NCBI GenBank assembly: GCA_951406725.2 | Contig: OX597816.1 | Location: 100,750,001-100,814,000, forward strand | Direction of reading: 5' to 3' | DNA from: Octopus vulgaris | Lineage: Eukaryota | Length of the DNA: 64,000 nt | Shown: positions 11,529 to 24,575 of the stretch, piece after piece | How positions within the stretch are numbered: position 1 is the first letter of the stretch | Layout of the letters: each line of letters starts with the position of its first letter | The notes under the pieces: generated by a model | Told to the model about the DNA's origin: nothing | The model's database searches: none | The model's input: only the letters and a program-made list of their open reading frames with translations | Position numbers and translations under genes: made by a program

Positions 11529-13534
11529 TCTAATATATAAAATCCTTTCTCTTTGTCTGTCTGTTTGTGCACTTATAACTTGAGCATTGTTCATCCGATT
11601 GTGCTGAAATGTTAAGCATGGATATGGGGCATTCCGTAATCTAAAATGATTCTCAAAATTGTGAGTTTCAAAGTGAGAATCGCTATTTTTGTAATCTTTT
11701 TGTCGTGTTTGTTCTGCCATTAAAAGCAACGAGTTTGCTCAGACAGCTGGCACATACTATTTCGCTAGCAACAAGGGGAGTGCAGGATGACAGTCAGCCA
11801 AAACTGTCACTATGCTGTCTCTCTTCTTTCCTCTCTCTGTCTCTCTTATGATGTCCGATTCCACTTGAAGTTGTATATATTTTGTGTTAAGATTCGTTAT
11901 CAAAGACAGTCAAAAGTAACCACCACATACAATCACCAAATATCTTCACTACTTAACACCGCCCTCTTTTCCTTTACAGCTGACATGAAAAAATATGACA
12001 AAAAGGCAACCATTTTAATTAAGCAAAAAAGGGAAAAAATTGATTTCTATTAAAACATGTAAAAGTTTGGGGCTAATAATCTTGATCTTTTGTTACAGTT
12101 TCTCATTCAAACTACATAATAGGCAGAATCGTTGGATTAAGACAGTAGGGTGTTTTGAGGGAGATTTGGCTGCTATTTCTACCCGTGCTAGCTACCATAT
12201 AGAGGTCTCCCACATTGGCTCATACAGACATATATACATGCAGATATACATAAAATTGAAATAAAATACTTAAAACAACAGGCATCAAATACAAAAGCCA
12301 AGGTCCATGCAGTGGAAATTTCCTACTTCGTGCCCGATGCAAGCCTGGGGCAATCTCTTATCTCTTAGACTATTTCAGTATTACATCTCTATTGTAATGT
12401 GAGATAATAATTTCAGTTTGAAAGATGTCTGTCATATATATATATATATATATATATATATTCCTTATGCATTCCAAAACCAAGTTACAGATTTTGACGT
12501 ATGAGGTATCAAAAGATTCAGTACTATTTCGGCTACAAATTAAACTTAATTTCCATTCACATATTTGCAATATTGAAAAATATATGCCACCAAAGAAAAG
12601 ACGTAATCTCTCTAGAAACAAGTATAAAGCATGGAGGGTTGTAGAAAACCAAAGGCTAGAGTCTGAAGAGAGAAGCGAGATGAGATTTTCTCTAGATCAG
12701 CAAATGCATGTTGCAGCACTTAATGCTGGATTATTAATCAATGTTTTGATGATTAGACAGATGTACAAATTCGTTCTTCACAACTCATGAAGCAGTTTTT
12801 AGATATGATCCATCCCATTCTTATAAAAGTAATAACTCTGTCCAAATTGGTGTACTAAACACAAATTGTCATTTCTGTTGAGCTTTAAAATTTTCAAATG
12901 AAACAAATAGGATGTGCTGCTCAGGCGGTTAGGTAACATTGCCAGCACTACCAGCTCCTTCTCAACCTCATATGGATCTTCTAGAAGGCACTTCCATCCA
13001 GTCAAAGGAATTTTCTGAACAATATCAGTCAATACAACTCTGCATTTCAAATGACATTGTTCGGTGCATCTAAGAACATAGATAAACATGAATTTACACT
13101 AACGTCAAAGTTCAAGGGCAAGGCTATCACCTCATTGGTTCCCTGTTACCCAAAAATGAACAACCACAGTTCCTCCAAATTTACTTTATGAATGATGTAG
13201 GACAGCAAACCCAAAGGAGGTGTTAAAATTTCAGATGATGGGTCGTGTTAGACACAGTGCCAACTGCTGCAAAAGAGAATATATCCACTGACAGCTTTTC
13301 TGTGTGTTCAAAGATCACATACCCCTCCCCCATTTTCCATGACAGGTTAGGGCGTGAAATACTCCAAACAGATGTATAGCATGTTGCTTAGATGAATTAG
13401 CCCATCATTTACTCCACAAATGTTTTGTTGTCAATGCTGCACTTTCCCCATATCACCTGTTTCAACATAACTGTAATATATTATATACAAACTATGCCAT
13501 TTTAATCCCGAGCAACGCTGGGTATCTCTGCTAG
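11529..13534 (+). mobile_element. Non-autonomous, internally deleted Helitron
   Basis: 5' A|TCTAATATATAAAA...tgtctgtctgt; 3' hairpin CCCGAGCAACGCTGGG then CTAG|T. Rep N-terminal remnants at ~12840-13190: CHFC*ALKFSNETNRMCCSGG*VTLP, NNISQYNSAFQMTLFGA, KVQGQGYHLIGSLLP, EQPQFLQIYFM. Confidence 0.9.
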
Positions 13535-13825
13535 TCTGTTACATAATATCCATGGTTGAGTATTCTGATGGGGCACTTCATCAGACTACCATGACTTAAC
13601 TTTTTAACATTCAGGTTACTTTGTCAAATATAATGCTTATTTATGCAAAGTGGCTCTCTTGGCTTCTGATCTTAACTGATTGGAAGTGATCACATGGCCA
13701 TAATAATCAGGAAAGTATTAGACTGCTGAAAAGAACAGATAGCATGGTACCATAGGCTGCAGGTAGCAAGCCTTCTATATATATATGCAAGACTCCAGGA
13801 ATTCCAACAATACCTGAGATAAAAA

Positions 13826-13955
13826 GAAATAATAATAATAATCATTTCTACTAAAGGCACAGGCCTGAAATTTGTGGGAGGGGGATAGTTGATTACATTT
13901 ACCCCAGTTCTCAAATGGTACTTATTTCATTGACCCCAAAAGGGTGACAGGCATG
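13826..13955 (-). mobile_element. SINE 3' fragment (family of 25741, 27120 and 44745)
   Basis: Reverse complement of the ...ggggtcaatgaaataagtacc...caaatttcaggcctgtgcctttagtagaaatg(att)n end. Confidence 0.75.
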
Positions 13956-14139
13956 TTCAATTACAATCTTGTTTTTTTTTTTCTATATTTCATCATTTGC
14001 ATGTGCATAAGTTTGTGTCTAATTGTGTAAGCATGTTAAGAAAAAATTTTCATTCTACTTTTGTAACAAATTTTTTTATTCTTTGATGAAACTTTATATG
14101 TATATAATTATTCATGATATTTTCTTATTTTAAGATATA

Positions 14140-14179
<40 letters not shown>

Positions 14180-14342
14180 TCTAACCAAATCTCTTAATGC
14201 TCTATTAATCAGGATATTTGTACTTCCTGCTACACTCTAATTACAATAGCTTACTTAGCAAATAGTATAATTTATCTTGCAAATATTTTAATAAAATACT
14301 TTTCGCAAAATAAACCGTTAACACCAATATTATTATTTGTAG

Positions 14343-14525
14343 GATGTAAAAATGAAAAAAATGGCTGAACTTCAACTGACAGTAGTGACTGACCCCAAGA
14401 GCCGAACAGCTATAGTGAAGCAGATTAACCAATGGGAAGAGAATCTAGAAAAATTGTTTATAGAGCAGTATCGGTTACGTTGTTATATGGCTTCACTTCA
14501 AGGATCGGAACTTCCCAACCCAAAG
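14343..14525 (+). CDS. TIAM1: Tiam1/still life-like Rac GEF, internal exon (coiled coil / Ex region)
   Basis: Acceptor ttatttgtAG, donor AAG|GTcagt, 183 nt, phase 0-0. Translates [61 protein letters not shown] and continues the previous exon in frame (Tiam1-like RCYLASLQGGELPNPK motif). Confidence 0.96.
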
Positions 14526-15299
14526 GTCAGTTTTTGATGGAAATTATTTCTTGATAATTTAAGTCTGTACAAATTGCATTATCTTTAAAATAATACACTG
14601 GTATTGAATTGTATGCAAAACCACTCAAACTTTACTTTTAATGTGCACAGATTATGTTTATGTATTTCTCTCTCTCTCGTGTTTAGTGATGATGTTGATA
14701 TATGATTTTAATATACTGCTAACGTTTTGCATGTATGTACCCTGACTAAGCGAGCCAAGTTTGGACATTCCAGTTGTAGCCATCTCAACTTTTATGTTAT
14801 GCTTTGTCTGTGGTTGGTATCCTCTCAACATGTCTGTTCATTGAGTGCAACTTTACACCTACAAGTGTTTTTAAGATTTCACATGCTACTTATTTCTAAG
14901 TCCTTTCACTAAGATAGTTTTCCTCTCTCATCATCATCATTTTGCATGGGTTTTTTTCATGCTGGTATAGATTGGATAGTATTTTTGAAATAGTGTTTTA
15001 TTGGTTGATGCCCTTCTTGACACCTAACCTTTTAATTTGTCTCTGATATTTTAATCATTAGGCATCAAAACACCTCTAAGCATGTGATCTTATTTATTGT
15101 GTTTGAACGTACGTTCAAGCTGGCTTATTGTTAATTCCTTTTCATTATGCACAAATATATGTACTAGAATATTATAAGTTTGGAGTTTTTAAACCCTTCC
15201 TGCAGTATATGTTTAAGAAACATGCTGATTTTACTATTTAAGTCGAAGATAACTAAATACAGTGAACCAATAGGAAGTTCAATTCATTCAAATTACATT

Positions 15300-16400
15300 T
15301 GCAGTGAGGAGAAACTATTACCATTTCTGTTATTAGTTCTGGTCAGAAAAGCAAGAGAGACAACTCTGAAATCTCTATTAATTTAGAATTGAATGGGAAT
15401 GTGACTGAATTTTTACAAGCATGGTCACAACTTCAGGCATGTTTTGTTCTTAAATAAAACAGCCTCGCCATTGACTTTCCAGTTCGTACCAAATCTTTGA
15501 TGACTAAGAAAAAATATTTGTGATACTGGGCCTAAAAGTTTTTCTTTTTTTTTCTTTTTTTTTCTTGGAGTTTGCTCTAGAAAATGTGTTTGTTCTTTTT
15601 GTTGCTCCTGTTGCTCTTCATTGTTTTTGTTTACTGTATTATCAATTATTTTTCCTAGTTCTTTGGGGCATTTAGATCTAATATATGTTTTACTCTGACA
15701 AATATAACAATTAGGCTTTCTACTCTGTACCATTAAATGCATGCTCTGTTGTTACCATTCCTTAAGCCTGCATTGACCACTTTACCACACTGTGGTACAA
15801 AGGTCTCTGTTGACCATGGGTCTATATTATGTCCACTGCAAACAGTGTTTCTTTGGCCCAAGTACTGAGATACAAATGTATAACCAGCAATATATCTGAC
15901 AATTTCAGCCTATCTTTTCTCTGAATTTTCAGTTTAAAAGTACAGTAAATGCTGCCATCTTTTTTGCTTTTTCCATTGAGATAACTTCCCCCAGTATGTC
16001 TTGGGGAGCTCATATTACCTAATATAAGAGGAATTTAGATTGTTAACATCTTTCCTTTTCCAAGGTTATTTCTTGAAGCAAAGTTATGGTTTACAAAATT
16101 CTATTATCTATATTTCTTTTCTTGTAACTGTGATATGTCAAAAAATTTTGTTCATTTAGCTTTGAGGAAAGCTTTATCTTCATATTCCTGCTATATGAAT
16201 GAACTTGTAGTGTTTGGAATTGTGTAAGAGTTGCTTTTGTTGTTGTTAGTGCCACTGTCTTTTATATTATTCAAGAATTTAGAACATTGTCTTCTATTAA
16301 ATGTTCATTAATGTGATCATTTCTTTCTTCTATTCTACATTTAGTTGTGTCTTTTGATTTTGTGTTGTTTCTTTTGTTCATAATGGTTCTTTGTCATGTG
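15300..16400 (-). mobile_element. L1/Tx1-like LINE ORF1 remnant with decayed zinc knuckle
   Basis: ORF 15425-15742 contains CYICQSKTYIRSKC (CX2CX4HX4C with H->Y) followed by a K/E/Q-rich tract; upstream frames are broken. Confidence 0.6.
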
Positions 16401-16659
16401 AAAATTGTGTGAAAATGTAATGTATGTAAATAAAATTTCAAAAGTTTGTGAAGCAAACCAATTTTCTTTTGCCTGCTTAAGAGTATTAAGAGCAGCCCTT
16501 CCTTAGGCAATTACAATTTTTTTCACAAATACACTGAAAAATTTCATTTAGTAATATTTGAAATTATCATGTTTTGAAGAGTGAATCAAAAAGACAATTT
16601 TGTACTGCAAGAGTCAATAATAATAATTATTACAATAATAATAATGGGCATGATGATAA

Positions 16660-17160
16660 TGATTTCTTTATTTGACTCGGGGATATCAAATACAGGGGAC
16701 AATATAAAAACAGTGTACAGTTAGTGTGGGACAGGGATTACATAAAAGGAATAGGGGAAAGAACGGGATCTAAGGTAAAAGGTTTACATGGTATGCAATA
16801 TGAGAACACGTGGATAATGCAGTCCTTCTGATACAGGAGAACCTTCTAGGGCGAATCAAAGGACCCCATAAATCCAGGATTTCTCTTACTGCAAGCTTTC
16901 ACCTAAGTGTTGTTCTCCAATCTACAGCCATATGCTTTGAGTAGGTTGATTTACCCTCACCATTTTTTCCACATTCCCCCACCTTTTGACAAATTCACTG
17001 GAGGAGAGCACTTACCTCTCAATCTTCACTTTCTTTTCCAAATAGAACATGAAAAAATCAAGGAAAGTGTCTGCGCTCAGTCCTTTCAGCCTCGTCCACC
17101 ACTCAACTTCTTTTGGTATAGCTACTAGACAGGAACAGCACCTACTCTGTCATGTTAAAG
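16660..17160 (-). mobile_element. L1/Tx1-like LINE ORF2 C-terminus and 3' UTR remnant
   Basis: Minus strand gives WWTRLKGLSADTF...FFMFYLEKKVKIER*VLSSSEFVKRWG, resembling L1/Tx1 ORF2 ends; A-rich tail-like region near 16660. Confidence 0.55.
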
Positions 17161-17614
17161 ATTGGTGGTAGGGCAATCCTCATGATGGACTTGGTTGAAA
17201 ACTAATTTCATTCTACCTGTGGCAGCAGTTTTTTGACATAACTCCTTAAGCAATGCTTGGACACCACACATGTGCACACTATATGGTTTTAGTGTTTTAT
17301 GCCCAGGACTCAGACAGGACTATCTAGAGTCCTGTCTGAAGGCACTTCTATGCCTATAAAACCACAGGGGTTTAAAGAGAGACAAAAATACAACGTAATG
17401 TCAAATAGGGGAATGTCACTGAAAAGTTATACAAATACAAGAGGAGGAATGAAAGATATACAATATATAATTGAATGAATTGAAAATTTATGAAACACAA
17501 AAATACCAAAGCCAATTATTTACTGCAATATGCCTTCATAATTTCTTTTAAACCATTGAAAAAGTGAAAATTATTATATAATGTTTATTTTTCTTTTATT
17601 CTTTGTTCTGATAG

Positions 17615-17868
17615 AGTCTGCTAGCAAATGTGTCCAAATCAACAAAGGGAATACTGGGCCGACTTGGCATCTTCACCGTGACATCATTCCACGCTCTGGT
17701 CTGTGCTCGTTCTCCACCAACCATGACTGCCATGCAAGGGAAGACTCTGCCTGCAAAAAAATCAACTCCTTATGTTCCTAAGAGCAACGAACCACAAGGA
17801 GGAACATTAGGACGACATCCACATCAAATGGCCAATCAAATGCCACTTGCCCCACCTAGCCATGTTGA
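17615..17868 (+). CDS. TIAM1: Tiam1/still life-like Rac GEF, internal exon (end of Ex region plus linker)
   Basis: Polypyrimidine tract then ctgatAG. Translates SLLANVSKSTKGILGRLGIFTVTSFHALVCARSPP...PPSHV(E), with a Tiam1-like GRLGIFSVSSFHALV motif. Donor GA|GTtagt (phase 2) chosen because it fits the next exon. Confidence 0.9.
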
Positions 17869-18626
17869 GTTAGTAAAAGCATTTTAACTTCTTCAAATGT
17901 ATGCATAATAACTTACCTTTTGTCAGCATCTAGCTAAAACCTTAAGATTTCTCTTGAGGGAAAACAATAAGTCTTTGATCTTATGACATGATTTCAATAT
18001 TGTCAGATTTTTTTTTATTACAGTTTTTAAATAAAATTTTTGGTGCCTGTATTAGCAAAATAGTGCCCATAAAGTAAGAGTGATTCAAGTTTTTGTTTAA
18101 TCAGATAAACTGAAACAAATATTTTGATACCTTGATCATTAGAATAATATTGCATTGACACATCAAATAGCTTTTTATAACTGATCCATACAGATATAGC
18201 AATATTTGTCAGTCACTTGTTTGTGCACTAATCTTTCAAAGATCAGTGAATCAAAATATTTATAATAACAGATATCTAATCTTTATTTTGACTAAATTGT
18301 CATTACCTTATATAATTCTTCTGTAAACCAAAACCATGCTGCATCTTAATAAGTAATGGCGTAATTTTATAAAATGATTTCAATCAAATATTGAATGTAA
18401 ATTTTAAAAATTGTTTTTTTACTTTTATTTCATTCTTCTTTGCCTGCAATAAATTTTTATTGATATCATGAATTAAAATTAATCCTTAATTGTAACCTTA
18501 TTTAAGTAATAGTCGTGTAATAAATACTGTTTTGGAATGCTGACCATAATTATGTCTCACATATAAATTAGTGAACTATATTTTAGAGGATTCCTAAATT
18601 GTATTTATGTTTTTGCATTATACTAG

Positions 18627-18765
18627 AAAACATTTACACAAAGATTTTGAAAAAGAGCAACGAGAAGGTAGACAAACTCCTGATCAACTTCCGAGTCATC
18701 GTTCTGATACCCCAGACAGTAGCGCTAAAGAAGGACTGTCAAAAATCTCCTTACCACACAACCAG
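18627..18765 (+). CDS. TIAM1: Tiam1/still life-like Rac GEF, internal exon (linker and start of RBD)
   Basis: Acceptor gcattatactAG, donor CAG|GTaaag, 139 nt, phase 2-0, in frame with the previous exon. Translates (E)KHLHKDFEKEQREGRQTPDQLPSHRSDTPDSSAKEGLSKISLPHNQ; the end resembles the Tiam1 RBD start (CLPNNQ). Confidence 0.82.
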
Positions 18766-19049
18766 GTAAAGAAAACTTACTGTTAGTTACAAAGGGAATA
18801 GTGGATATTGTGCTTTCAACATTTTCCCTTTATTTTTATCTCTAATTAACTCTTTTGCATGTTGTAAAATATTTATTCTTTTGAAAGTTTCATTTCCTTT
18901 GCATATAACTTTTGTTTTATTTTGTTTGTTGTCTTTTTCTTTTTGTTTAAGGGAAACTGGATTTTACTCATTAAATTACTTTGTCCTGAAGGAGTGAATT
19001 TGAATGGATTGTGAACTAATATTATGTGAAGATTGGTTGGGTGGAATCA

Positions 19050-20800
19050 AGGATATAGTAGCATAGTTATAGGCTTAAATAATCACAGCTACCTCCTCAA
19101 AATCCTCAAGTATTTTATGTCAGTTAACTGGTTGGAGATTGATTGCTCCTTGTCACTCATACAATGAAAGCATTCAATGTCAATTGCTCCGAGTGATTCA
19201 CTTACAGCTGTATTACAATTATGCAAAGAATACTATATACAACATGCTGAGGACATAACTCCCTGTCACCAGTCAAATAAATGCTGACAAAACAATCATC
19301 ACAGAAACTGCCTCACTCATTGCATGGTATAGAAATACACTTATCTTAAAAACCATTCCGAACCTGTTGGTCCCCCATTAGAGTCTCTAATAATTTAAAA
19401 AATTCCTCCTACTTTCTACTCTTTGACTAAGATGACTCTAGCACTTACGCAGATAAAACCTTTCAATTTTATTTCTATGTTCTAGATTCAGGCAAAATCT
19501 CTCCAGAACATTCTTTCTTCACTGCACCTGTCTCACATTTACATACATTTGTTAATTATCATCTAGCAAAATAACCAGTTCTGCCTCCAGAGTTAGCTTC
19601 TATCTTCACATGAAAGTCTTAAATCTTTCTATCTCTATCTCAGCTCATGGAAACATGTGATAATATATCTAATTCCCTTATCCAAGCAGTTACCATCCTC
19701 TCACTTACACCATCAACATTACCTTGACTTTATTTCCTTTTTGAGTGACCATCAATAAATTATAGTTCATCAGATCTCCTTGAAACTTGCTCCTCTATGT
19801 CTTTTATATTTATTAGTGGTATCTTTCCCTTGAGAACTTTGGCAGAATCAGTGTTATTATCCTTGGTGTCAGTGAAGTTTTCAAACTGGCCTGTAATAAA
19901 AATATCCTTGTAAATTTGTCTGCCATGGGGTTCCATTCACTACATATCTAATAGATTTAGGTACTTCTTCTCAGATCACTAATGCATTATGTGCAGACAG
20001 GGTGCTCTTCTTTCCTACTCTCTGTCAGTCTGCTTTACTATACATTAATAACCTACTAGCTGTTACATTTAACTAGGCATAGTCTTATATACATTTACTA
20101 TTCTTTAATTCTCTTCAACTCTGCACACAAGGAACCACTTATACACAACCCAGGAACCATACCAGATTTGCATTGCTTTCATGAACAAAGACATGGAAAA
20201 ATATCCCCATTATTTACGTTTTAATACTTCATACATATTTGGGCCAGTCCTGCTGCTACACATTCAAGTATCACAGACTGCTTTCAGAATGGCCACTCAA
20301 TTGGATGGCAAAATTTCAATATGTTATGACTATTGTTTCTTTTCTTTGATTCTGTTAATTATACATCTGCTTCTCTGGGCAAGCAATATATCACCTCTGC
20401 TAAGCTCTCTCTCAAAATACTTGCCACACCTTTTCTTACAGTCCCCAATCTCATCTTAGGAACTCTGCACTAAACACCTTTTCAAAATCTCCCCCTTAGA
20501 ACAGATTCCTCTGAAATTTTATCCTTACTCATCATTTCATATAGACATCAAGCTATGTATTAAGTGCATCAAATTTATTTGCGTAGCCTGTACATGACCT
20601 TAAACAGTCAGTGTAATAGCCATCTAAAAATACAGAACACGAAAATAGTTCTATAATTACTCCCATAAAGGATTTCACTTGTTAAGCTAACAATTCTCAA
20701 AGTGATTTTCTTACTTTTCATTCATCTTCAAAGCCAGCAATCAAAACTCTCTCAGTAATTTTAGGAAAAAATTCACTTCAGTCCTTAAACAGTTCCTTCT
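19050..20800 (+). mobile_element. Highly decayed LINE (CR1/L2-type RT) remnant
   Basis: C/T-rich skew and a degenerate QG..LSP-like motif (agacagggtgctcttctttcctactctct) near 19995-20025; no open frame. Confidence 0.4.
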
Positions 20801-21607
20801 AAAATTTCCTTTACAGGTGACAGATAGAACAAACTGGAAGAAAAAATGGTACAACTTCCATCCCAAAAGGCTGATGTCACACAGTGTCAGTAACTATTCC
20901 AATATTTTAGATTTATTATCAGGCCAAATATTGCTTTTACTAACAATATTTCTTTAGATATATTTTATAATATTAGTATGTAAGATATAAACATTTCATC
21001 AAAATACATGCATATATATGCATGTGTCTCTCTGTTAATATTTAGATTTGAACAGAAAAAAACCTGTCAATTGTTGAATAACGATAAATTTAAACATCAT
21101 TAGCACTAATATTTTTATCCTGTTATTTACACAAACATTAGATAAAAGTACTTTTTAATGTTCCAAATCTCCAAAAAGATTTTCTCAAGATATTCAGTTT
21201 AACGATAGCTATTTTAAAATCGAACAAAAAATACATGATCACATCTGAAGCACTATTGTATACATAAAAAGAATACAAAAGGGGATACCAGCTGACAAAT
21301 GAGCCTCTCTACATGACTGCCAATTAGAAATAGTGATCAAATCTCTCTCAAGCCACACTTTGCTATCTAAAAAAAGCAATGGAAACTTTAAATAAATTTC
21401 CTACTTATGATTAAAAGAAACAGAATTGACATAGCTGGAGTGCCTTTGGTTATAAATTCGTTTGATAAAGGGTAATCAGGGGATAAACAACAACTACAAT
21501 CAATGCTACTATATCAATTCCAAATTCTCATATGCCTGTAAAGCATACTGGCATCTTAGTATTCAGATGACATCACTGTCATATTTTCCCATCATTCCAC
21601 ATATATA

Positions 21608-22218
21608 GGCACAAGTGTGACTGTGTGATAAGAAGCTTGCTTCCCAACCACATGGTTCCAGGTTCAGTTCCACTGCATGGCACCTTGGGCAAGTGTCTTC
21701 TACTATAGCCTCAGGCTGACCAAAGCCTTGTGAATAGATTTGGTAGACAGGCTGAAAGAAGCCCGTTGTATTTTATGTATGTGTATATGTATATGTTTGT
21801 GTGTCTGTGTTTGTCCCCTAACCTTCACTTGACAATTGATGTTGGTGTGTGTATGCCCCTGTAACTTAGCAGTTCGGCAAAAGAGATCATCATCATCATC
21901 ATCGTTTAGCGTCCGTTTTCCATGCTAGCATGGGTTGGACGGTTCAACTGGGGTCTGTGAAGCCAGAAGGCTTCATCAGGCCCAGTCAGATCTGGCAGTG
22001 TTTCTACGGCTGGATGCCCTTCCTAATGCCAACCACTCCGTGAGTGTAGTGGGTGCTTTTTGCGTGCCACCCGCACAGGTGCCAGACAGCGCTGGCAAAC
22101 AATAGAATAAGTACACGGCATACAAAGATAAATCCTGGGGTCGATTTCTTCAACTAAAGGTGGTGTTCCAGCATGGCCACAGTCAAATAACTGGAACAAA
22201 TAAAAGAATAAAAGAATA
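21608..22218 (+). mobile_element. tRNA-derived CORE-type SINE, interrupted by a nested insertion
   Basis: A/B box-like head, CACCTTGGGCAAGT core, internal (TG/TA)n, tail ...ccagcatggccacagtcaaat...taaaagaata; colinear with the copy at 34792. Confidence 0.9.
21886..22100 (-). mobile_element. RTE-family 3' end inserted into the SINE
   Basis: (atc)n tail followed by sequence matching 6679-6900; splits the host SINE at gagatc/aatagaataag. Confidence 0.9.
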
Positions 22219-24575
22219 GCTGCACCATTACTTCAACCAACATTCTTACAAAAAGAAAAGTAGTGATAGTTATGACTGGAATGCTTTTGACCATAAGTTT
22301 GCTCGATTTGGGCCAATCTCAGTGACAACAATAGGAAATATAAATGTGAAAGCTAGTAGGGCTCAAATTCATGTCTTTTTTTTTTGTGAGAGGTGGATTT
22401 GCTTGGAACTCTGGGTGTTAATTACATGTTTTAACAGAGAAACAAGTTCATGTCATTCTGAATTCTTAGTTTTATCTCCTTTTGTATTCTCTTTATGTTT
22501 GCACTAAAGATTTATTTAAATGTAAATTTATATTCAAATAAGATTTTCTTTAAAGAATAGTTTTATGAATATGTAAATTAAGCGTTTACATTTCTCTAAT
22601 TCCAGTGGTATGATGATATCTGACAGCTATGACACTAAAATTTATCATAGCATTAATAAGCTTTATTACTAGCAATTTACTCCATTTGTGGATCCCATTG
22701 AATTATTATGTAAACAATATAATTCGGTGAAAAGAAATTCAAAGAAGCTAAATCCTGCACCATTTTACATTTAAATATCAATGAACAATGGTTAAATACT
22801 GCACTAGATGGCAAATAGTTTCAAATAACTAAATTTAGATATTTTTGCATGGTCATGGATAGCGATTTTTTTTAACCTACTTCTTTAAACGTTATGTTAT
22901 TGGTTCTTTCTTGGTAAACATCTACATTTGAATAACATATTTACATAAACTAATTGGTCACCCAACAATGATCTCACTTTCTCTAAAGGCAATCCCACCT
23001 TCAGTAAAATATATACATTGTGTATATTATATTTATCTGATGCCTTTAGTACAATCAGGTCAGTGAGATTAAGTTGTGGTAGTGGTGATGGTGATGGTGG
23101 TATGGTTATGGTAGTGGTGCTGTGACTAAGGGATATAGAAAAATTTTGATTTATTTATTTTGCCTTTTTTAAATTTTATTTACACAGAACATTTCTTCTG
23201 CTTGCCAACTGTTTTATTAGCATTATTTTTGATATTCCATTCAGCTTTTCAATACAATATATGGATGTGTGTATTTGTTTGTGTATGTGTGTGTGTGTGT
23301 GTGTGTGTATGCACGCACACATACCTGTGTTGAAAATTTAAGTATTCAATAGAATACTATTGAATACTTTTACGTCTGATTTTTCATTGTTGTTGTTGTC
23401 ATTAACTTTGATAATGTATATTTAAATGAATACTTAATAATACTCTTAACCCACAGCAACTTAAAATGTGAAATTTCATGTTCTTTTTAGCAAAATGTGT
23501 ATTGTTATACTGCAAGAAGGACAATTCCTTAAAACATATGTAACAAGAAATAATTGGGTCTTATGTGGTCTTTAGAATTACCAATGAACAATTTGAAAAA
23601 AATGAAATTAATGAAAAAAATCTTATTTTTTATGATTTTTTAAATCACTTATATTTTTTCCTAAAATTGCTTTAAAACCATAATGAATGTTACTTGTCCA
23701 GTTTACCTTTGATTGGCATAATGAGTTTCCTTGAGGTTAAATATTTCAAAACTATATTTTGGTAAAAGCAATGTTCTCATTTTATAGCAAAGCTCAGTAG
23801 TGTAAATATGTAAGTAAAATAATTACTTGTTTGCCTTAACAAAACAATTTAATGTATAATAGAGCAAGTAGCTGAGTATTTCACAGAGATATGTACCCAT
23901 AGCATAATCGCCAGAAATAATAATAAATATATTATAATAGCTGATTTGTTTATGCCTGCTTGTAAGCATATAAAATAGAGTTGCTGAAGAAATGATGGAA
24001 GGTTACAGATTATTTAAAATATTTTAAGCAGTCAACTCTAAGTGAAGTTCAAAATCTGAAATTATAATTATTAAGAGATGTTAAAGTTTAGATATTTCTT
24101 TAAAAAGCAGTCAGCATTTCTATTGATAAAGTTCCCCAGAAGTAGCAAGGTGTTTCACAGAAATATGTCTTTAAAAGAATGAAAGTAAACTAATTTCTCA
24201 TTTTGTTACACTGTATTGTTTGCTGGTTAATTTCTATGGATATTGCTATTAAAATGAATGCTACTCTAAAAGGTATGATTTAATTTGAATTCATGTTAAC
24301 TTTTCCCATTTAGTTGATATTAAAATAACCATTATTATCTTGATTTTTGTCAATTTAGTAGTAGCATTAGTAAGAATTTAATGAATAATCCAAGTGTAAC
24401 TTAAAACAGAAACAACCTCTTAAATTGCTATCAGTTAGAAATTTATTACAAATCAATTAAATCAAGCAGTTGTGGGTTTATTCTCTAACCATTTGTTGAA
24501 AGGAAGCTGACAATTAAGCATGAAATCACAGAAGTTTATTAAAAAGAGAGAAATGCACAAATATATAAATTTATA

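Noticed and set aside
17581-17781. ORF with signal-peptide-like start and several Cys (secreted peptide?)
   Set aside because: The hydrophobic start is the translated polypyrimidine tract, and the rest is an alternate frame of the Tiam1-like exon.
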